This document shows positions 25,204-32,219 of a stretch of DNA of 32,219 nucleotides, in pieces. The notes under the pieces were generated by a model, which ran no database searches, had not been told where the DNA came from, and saw nothing but the letters and a program-made list of their open reading frames with translations. The DNA is from Paraglomus brasilianum. Taxonomy: Eukaryota. Position numbers and translations under genes: made by a program. Where the stretch lies: NCBI GenBank assembly GCA_910592345.1, contig CAJVPI010000381.1:1-32219 (forward strand), in the 5' to 3' direction. How positions within the stretch are numbered: position 1 is the first letter of the stretch; each line of letters opens with the position of its first letter.

Positions 25204-27194
25204 TCACGACCCCCACAAATGCCCACCTCCAAACGCGCTTCCCGCAATCTTGATAATCCTCCTCTTAACAGCAACCCTTCCACAGGTTTTTTTCCCCTCT
25301 ATGTTCGCACGTTCAGATCGTGGTGCAGATCTAAACGTCACATGCTGAAGAGTTCTTGTATATGGTGATATTGTATGGTTAGACTTCATTAATGTTGCCA
25401 ATTGGGCCGCAACTGATATTTCAGATGGTTGAAGAACAATTTCCTGCTTGCCTTCATCTCTTGATATATAGTCTGCATCTATTAGAGAGGTATAAGGGTA
25501 TGAATCTGTTCTTAATAGCATGTCGGCGGCTGATGTAGTCGGGCTGACAATAGATGTGGAGGATAACGTTGTGATTGATTGGCGTAATGATGGTGGTGGC
25601 GCAGTGGTAGAGGATGATACTTGATATCTGTCATGACGTTGGAGATTGGCTGCTGTCATTCTTTGGAACAGTCTCGATGATTCCTCTGATGACATAGATG
25701 ATAGTGATGGCGTCATTACCGGAGGACGCTGATTTTTCTTTGATGACCGAGTAGATGAGTCAATAGGTGATGGTAACCACGTTGAAGGCTTAAGAACGAG
25801 TACTTGACGATGAAATACTCGTGGTGTTTTGTTAGCTGCATTATCATCATTATGATCGTCCTTTTGTTGCGTTATTGCTATAAGTCCTTTTTCTTTATGC
25901 TTATCGAATAGTTCACCAAAGTTTGAGTATGTAGCAACGGAGCCATCCTCTAGTGATTCTACATCAACGAACGACGAATATCCGTCGTCACCATAGAACG
26001 ATGTATCCAGCGAGAAACTAGATGATGATTCCGAGTTGGGCGATGATAAGGAAGATTGTCGTATGTCTGGCGATAATGAGGAATCACTTGAGTTTGCGTC
26101 TGCTCCGTATGGTGAGGGAGATCTATCGGATATATCCTTAGGTTGCTGTTCTGGTATTTTCTTTTCTTCCCCGAACCATTTTTTTAGTGATAGTTTATGT
26201 ACAATAAGTGGTAGGTCTTCCTGAAACATTGTTCGCAGCCGCTTTTCTATTTCCGTTTGTAGATATCGTTGAATACTTGATATATTGTCAAAGGTAGACA
26301 TTACATCAACACCTTCAAGCGGATCATTCTTGAATACTAAAGTAACACCTTTCTGTTTGCTGACAACGAGAACAATGATTCCACGTAGTTTAAGGTTGCT
26401 AAGCCGAAGAAGCATTGGCACCACGAGAGGTTGATCAGCAGCAAGAATACCTCTTCGTGTGAAAGAGTCCATGTCTAATGCATTATTGTTCATTGGATTC
26501 GCCTTGAAGTTGAATTATAAAAATAGGCTATTAGTCGTACTATATCACTAGATTAACCGTTCTTATGGTATGAATGATGGATTGCATACCTGTACTTTCG
26601 TTTGTAATACTAGATGAGCATCACCGCTGTATGTTAGTTTGAATATGCCTCTGAATCTCTCGAATGACAAGTCGCCAACCTCAAGAATCTCTAATTCTGG
26701 TGGCTACATCAATGAAATAAATGGCAATATGTAAGGAGAAAAATAGATATTTGCATTTATGTGAGAGAAATATGGTAGCGGCAGAACAAGTTAAAAGTGG
26801 ATTGACATGTAAATTTGGTTATTAACATTGTTACTTTATTAGATCGTTGATTTGTAAGGTCGTTATAGAAATAGACAACTTTTTATCCATTTATATTTAT
26901 ATTTCCTCTATTAAAGAGCAGAGCCTATATTATTAACCTCCTCACTGTCATACTTTTTAATTGCCAAAAAGATTCTCCACTAGTAATGCTACTACCGATA
27001 CCATCCCTCACCGACCGACAAATGCGCCTCACTTATACAAGTCCTACCTTGGTCCCCATATTCAGTTCTTTGACAGTTATATGATCTACAATATTTGCCG
27101 GCTTGTTGCTCTTGTTTAATGCGTCTGTCAGCAACTGGCGCGCTTGCTCGACAAACTCCTCACCAAACGACGGCCAGTTAAATTTGAATGACAT
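25204..27194 (-). CDS. MDM34: ERMES complex subunit Mdm34 (SMP domain), about 519 aa; exons 27194-27048, 26703-26590, 26502-25204
   Basis: [117 protein letters not shown]-terminal [14 protein letters not shown]. Confidence 0.96.
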
Positions 27195-28516
27195 GTTATG
27201 TATCGTGGTGAGTGAATCCGTTGTTTCAAGCCTTCTACTCGATACACCTATGAAGATCGCTAAAGGTGTATAAAGGCTTTCGGAGAGAATTTTCGGTCAG
27301 AGGTTATTAGGGAATGTGGTTTTTGTAAAGAATGGTGCTATTGCGTAATTTTTTTTTGAGACCTATGCGTCCAGACAGCAATTTATATCTAGCATAGTAT
27401 AATTCTGTGCCGTCCAATAATCCATGGTCATCATCAGATCTGAATGTGATCACATGCGACTGATAAGCTTTTTTGGGATCACATCTAGTTAGCGGACCAG
27501 TATGTGGATCGTATTATAGGTGTCTAGAATTTTTGTCGATCAATACGATCACTCGTTTCAGCTTTCCGAATGTCTTATTTTTAATTATAATGAGCAGTAC
27601 TACGAAACACGCTATCAATATCAATATTATTAATCAGGATTTTATGGTGTGAAACATTTATTGTTGACCTCTGTGAGGCTGCGGTTCCAATCTCTCGTTG
27701 AGAAACAGTATAAGATAAAATTCCCTTGTAATTATCATTCTTTCCTAACCACTTATACAAAACCATGTCACACAAAAGTTCTTATCCTACCAACCAAACC
27801 TTTATTAAGGTCTTCGGCGAATGTAGAGGGCGTAGTACCACATTTATGTATTGTCACACGAGCTGTTTAATATTAAATTTTCTGCCATAACTAATAACGC
27901 CACAGACGTTGGATTGTAAAATTAGTTGTGGGTAAATCCTCATGCTAGGTTAACTAGTGAACGTTCAAAGGATATATTATTATAATATGGGGCAGACTGC
28001 AACAAAGTGAACATTTGATCATGTGAACTCAAAATGGCTGATGTGGCTGAGAAACTACCAAACCGTTTTGGCTTTGCTTCAGTGGCACATCAGTGACTCA
28101 TGCCCAACTCTGTGGACATTTTTCGAGTTATGGCAAACAGAATAATAGCTTGGACATTTCGTAATATGTTAATATCTATATAAAAATAAAGTATATGAAA
28201 CTAATTTACATATTCGCTATGGAACCAAAAAATTATAGCACAATAAGTAATTTTAAGAAAAGAACAAGGTGAAAAAATTGCACCTTTATTGCACACCTAT
28301 CTTTATTTAGATAGAGTTAAAATGAGCTTTAACATGTATATGTGGTTGAGCAATAAAGTTGTACTTATTGAAAAAAATCGCACCTTTACATTTTTAAACT
28401 AACAGAGACCAACTCTTTACAAGCATATTTAGATACAAAAAAAAATCACCTATGAAATTTATCAAGAGGAAAGGGTTTTCAAGCAAGAAAATTCTAACCA
28501 AGAATCAAAAAAAGAA

Positions 28517-28553
28517 GAAAAGAAGAAAAGAAAAGAAAAGAAAAGAAAAGAAA
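28517..28553. repeat. (GAAAA)n microsatellite
   Basis: About 7 gaaaa units read directly; lies just downstream of the MRE-like fragment on the minus strand. Confidence 0.9.
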
Positions 28554-28562
28554 CCAAATTTT

Positions 28563-29018
28563 CTCAACGAAGGTCATTTTTCGTCGCTTTAACTTGAATT
28601 TGAGCAATTAATTGACCGTTTTGTTGCTGCAATTGTTGCAACAGGGTTTTTAAATCATTGATTTCTTTTATCATTATTAACTATTGAGGAGTTAACTCTT
28701 TCAACTGCTTATTTTCTTCTTCTAATTGCTTAATTCTATCCAAAAGATCTTGTTTTTGTCTCTTACTTCACTCTCTTGAAATCTGACTTTCAATATTTAA
28801 TTCCACTTTGGCTGTTGATTTAGTAACTCTTTTTCTAGACGAGAATTGAAAGCTCGCAAAAGTAGTTCTTTATCAGAAAGCGGTCTAGTTGATTTAGCTT
28901 TTAGACGAACCGATCGAGCTAATTGATCACGTTATGATCAACTATTCCTTTGCCAGTGGACCATAATGTAGTTCAGATACTACCCTTCTTTAACCTTTCA
29001 ATAATTTCGATTGGTCCC
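28563..29018 (-). pseudogene. Decayed intronless coiled-coil ORF fragment, candidate Mollicutes-related endobacterial origin (TGA=Trp)
   Basis: Segments EIIERLKKGSI[TGA]TT, LSDKELLLRAFNSRLEK, and ISRE[TGA]SKRQKQDLLDRIKQLEEENKQLKELTPQ[TAG]LIMIKEINDLKTLLQQLQQQNGQLIAQIQVKATK; frameshifts between segments. Confidence 0.55.
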
Positions 29019-29468
29019 CGGATACATCACCACATTCACACATTCACACCTATACACTAGAATGCTGTGTCTGAGTTTCATGGTCAGCTGACATCTCTAT
29101 TAACCACTGAGACAAGCACGTGTCCCTTTAGACTCTTACATTACCACTATCCATCTTTTGCACAAGAACCTCACCATGTCGCGTAACTACTTCGACGGAT
29201 AGCACACGCGCGAGAGCGGAAGAGCTGTTTGGTAACTTGCAGGCGAGTGATTTATTTTCTATCGAAAGGGGTTAATTATAATGCTCAGCTGGGATAGAGT
29301 TGTATACAACGTATTAATTGGTACAATTTCGAAGAGGCATCATAAGCACCTTGGCCCATCCACATCCTTTGGCCCACTGCAGCACATTTAGGGACTATTA
29401 GTCAGCTCGGTGTTGAACTATTTGTTCGCTGCGGCCCAAAGAAAAGACTGCCAGTAAATAACTATTGT

Positions 29469-29586
29469 AGACAATTTGATAAAATTTGTACAGAATTAAT
29501 TGAAAAATTAGGTGGAAGAAGTAGAAACAGTTCTGACAGATCATGAAGAATTAATAAGTGCTAAGTTAGAATTAAAAAAGAGGTTT
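29469..29586 (+). pseudogene. Short frameshifted helical protein fragment, possibly also endobacterial
   Basis: RQFDKICTELIEKLG + (1-nt shift at 29514) EEVETVLTDHEELISAKLELKKRF; AT-rich codon usage. Confidence 0.35.
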
Positions 29587-30599
29587 CATATGGAATCTAG
29601 TTTTAGCAACGATATTTACTGGTCTCTGACTATGACTGTCAGGGATTCTGACTATTGCGCTATTTTTATCTACGTGTACTGCTGCCTGATTTTCTTACTG
29701 ATTGCGATTGTACTACTACTACTATTATTGTTATTGCGGCGGACAATTGCTAAATGACAACGCATGATCAAAATCTTTTTGAGTACGCAGGAATACGCTC
29801 CACAGTGTCACAATACTTAATCCTTCTCTCGAAGACTCTTTTACGCTCCGAAAATTTCTTCCTGTGGGCAGAATTCGAATGACCATTTTGAAGAAAATAT
29901 CCCTATTAATATTAAATAACTGGATAGTTGAGAGGTGAGATAACGAATATTTTAGGCTAGATGGGAGAAAACTAGAGCGAGTTGCATGTTGAATTGTGTG
30001 GGGGCTATTGATTGTATCAGTTTATGGTGCAGCATTGTGATGTAACAATTTTCAAATTATGATCAAGGTTACGTAATGTACACTGAGTGATAAGTGCGAA
30101 AAAAGAGAGAAATGGGTGATGAGGGTAAAAGAAATTACTTTGATTTACGCGCCATGATTACTTTGTCTGGTTTTGTTGCAGTATGCCCCATATAAGCAGT
30201 CGTACAATTACAATATGACATTTTAAGCATTAATGAATTTTAGATGTGCAATACTTTATGTATATCGTGTATTATAATTATACTAATAGTGCAGACCGTT
30301 TATGGTCTAGAATTATAATGAAGGCGAATCAAATAAGCTTGCGCTTTGAATGAACAGTAATAAAGGTCGAATATGTTTTATGATTGGCTGTACGAGGAGT
30401 TGAATCGAGATTTAATACAGCTACCAGCATGCACAATGATAATAATGCGCTTTTATTGTAGACAATAAGCATTCTAAATTATACACTTTAACAAAAACCG
30501 CAATGAATTGCTGCGAATAGTACACTCATTGGTTTGATTACTTGAAATACAACAAAACGTTTAACCGATTTAATATCCTCCGCGATATTCTCACAGTTA

Positions 30600-31019
30600 T
30601 TATTCATTGCCTTTAATACCATTCCCAGCAGCCTTCTTCAAATCGGGAATAATTTTCCGATTCCATTGTTGGCGACACGATGTCATGTCTTTTTCATCCA
30701 CTTCTTCAGCGATTTCTTTCCAATTTAGGGTACCAACTCTCTTTAAAACGGCGTTGAGTAACTGCATCCTTTGTTTAGTCGTCCACTTTACACTTTTGCT
30801 TGCTTTCTCGTTCGTTTTCTTTTTTTGACTGCGCTTGCTCGAGTCAGTATTTCCGTCTGAGGATGTGACTTTGGTTCTGCCCTTCTTCGACGGTACATCT
30901 TGCGCTCCAGTACGAATAGTTGGGGAAGAGTCGTTAATAAGAAGTTGTTCTTCGTCAACTGGTCGAGATGATTTGATGAATGAGTTTTCGTGAGGACGTT
31001 TGGTGCCTTTTGTGGCCAT
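30600..31019 (-). CDS. Small single-repeat Myb/SANT-like protein, 139 aa, intronless
   Basis: Three regularly spaced Trp: KWTTKQRMQLLNAVLKRVGTLNWKEIAEEVDEKDMTSCRQQWNRKI; basic NLS-like low-complexity N-terminus. Confidence 0.85.
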   Translation of the reverse strand: MATKGTKRPHENSFIKSSRPVDEEQLLINDSSPTIRTGAQDVPSKKGRTKVTSSDGNTDSSKRSQKKKTNEKASKSVKWTTKQRMQLLNAVLKRVGTLNWKEIAEEVDEKDMTSCRQQWNRKIIPDLKKAAGNGIKGNE

Positions 31020-32219
31020 ATTGGAAATGGAATGTCTGTCCCAGTGTGCATGAGAGAGCAGTTAAATATAAATTGATTAGACCGCTGGATCAGATCAGAT
31101 CAGTTTGAATATTATTATCATGTCATATACGAAAATGATTAAGGCTATTTTAGTCGAGAATGATAAAGAATTCTCTCATACGGCTGCTTACAATACGTCA
31201 ATCAGTGTCATGTTAACATGTATTTGACATCATGTCGGTCTTTACCGGCTGATAACACAACCTAAATAGACATCATGTTAGGTTGTTGCAAATTCGTTGG
31301 GAAAGTCTTAAACAAAGATCGCATTAATGCAAGATAAATTATGCTTATGCTTACGCTGACAACAATAACTACTATAATAATAAGGGTCAAATACAATTTT
31401 ATAATCACAAACTTTATTGCAGACAGTAACGTTCTTATTAAATTTGTTGTTTTCTAACATAAAACCAAATTATAATTGCACAGACTCTTGTTATTATTAT
31501 TGTGAATTTCTTGTAAAACACTATTACATAATAATAAGAATTCTATCTGATCCAAAATTGGCGTGCATTTATTTTTGCAACAAAGGGTTTTTGGGAATAA
31601 TCAGTCAAGTCGTTCCTTTATGTCATAAAGGCTTTTTTTCGACAGAGTCATAATGACCATTGTCAAAGTTTGATTGGCTCTTAATTCATCTTACAGTATG
31701 TGTTACAAGAATATTTAAATGAATATTGGCGGGTCAACAGTATTGTCCTTTCTTTTAATAGTAAAAGCATCCTCGATAAAGATGATACTGGATAAAAAAC
31801 TTATTGTTTCCGAAGAATAGTACACGGTCGGATATTAGTTGTAAACCGACCAGAAAGTTCTACGTCTTTTCTTTGAGTAATTTGGTCGAAGACTTTAATG
31901 GAATAACAGAAAAACTTTCTTATAAAAGAACATTCGATTAATATAAGCAGTAGCCACACATACTTAAATAGCGGTCACAATCTTTAAATAGATTAATCAG
32001 TTCGACGAACGATCGCATCTAACAACCCCACCGTTCGTACAATTTTCGAACATTCCAGAATAAACCACAATTTTCGTACTACAAGTCTACTTGATGATAA
32101 ATACGGATCACCGCATTTTATGCGTGCAGGCTCCATATAAGATTGCATGTTTTATGCGTGTTTTCGGTTCCGCCATTCAAATACCGACAACCATAAACAT
32201 ATTTAAAGACATTATCCCC

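Noticed and set aside
26704..27047. Long MDM34 intron 1 as snoRNA host
   Set aside because: No paired C/D boxes or clear H/ACA hairpins seen.
29640..29757. Poly-Leu transmembrane tail of ORF 29512-29757
   Set aside because: Arises from the (cta)n/(tat) microsatellite on the strand opposite low-complexity sequence; not evidence of a membrane protein.

Overview
Intron-rich fungal nuclear DNA (GT-AG introns mostly 45-170 nt). Protein style suggests Mucoromycota, probably Glomeromycotina or Endogonales (inference). A core block holds housekeeping genes: TANGO6/RTP1 (14725-18726, +), COG6 (19626-22682, +), mitochondrial rhomboid PCP1/PARL (23640-24801, +) and ERMES subunit MDM34 (27194-25204, -). 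There is also a PX-only protein (4729-5790, +), an apparently C-terminally truncated RRP17 (12564-13105, +), a frameshifted small membrane-protein ORF (11716-12232, +) and a small Myb/SANT protein (31019-30600, -). The flanks are repeat and pseudogene debris: a degenerate tandem repeat interrupted by a 699-bp LTR-like insertion, a second diverged copy of that insertion carrying a TA-flanked pogo/Tc1-type MITE, and further CAGTC-ended elements. The most interesting signal is a decayed intronless ORF fragment at about 28563-29018 (-). It reads best with TGA=Trp and resembles, from memory, proteins of Mollicutes-related endobacteria (MRE) of these fungi, so it is a candidate endosymbiont-to-host DNA transfer; a second such fragment lies at 29469-29586. 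No database searches were run; all family assignments are motif recognition by eye. I found no convincing complete novel multi-gene system.
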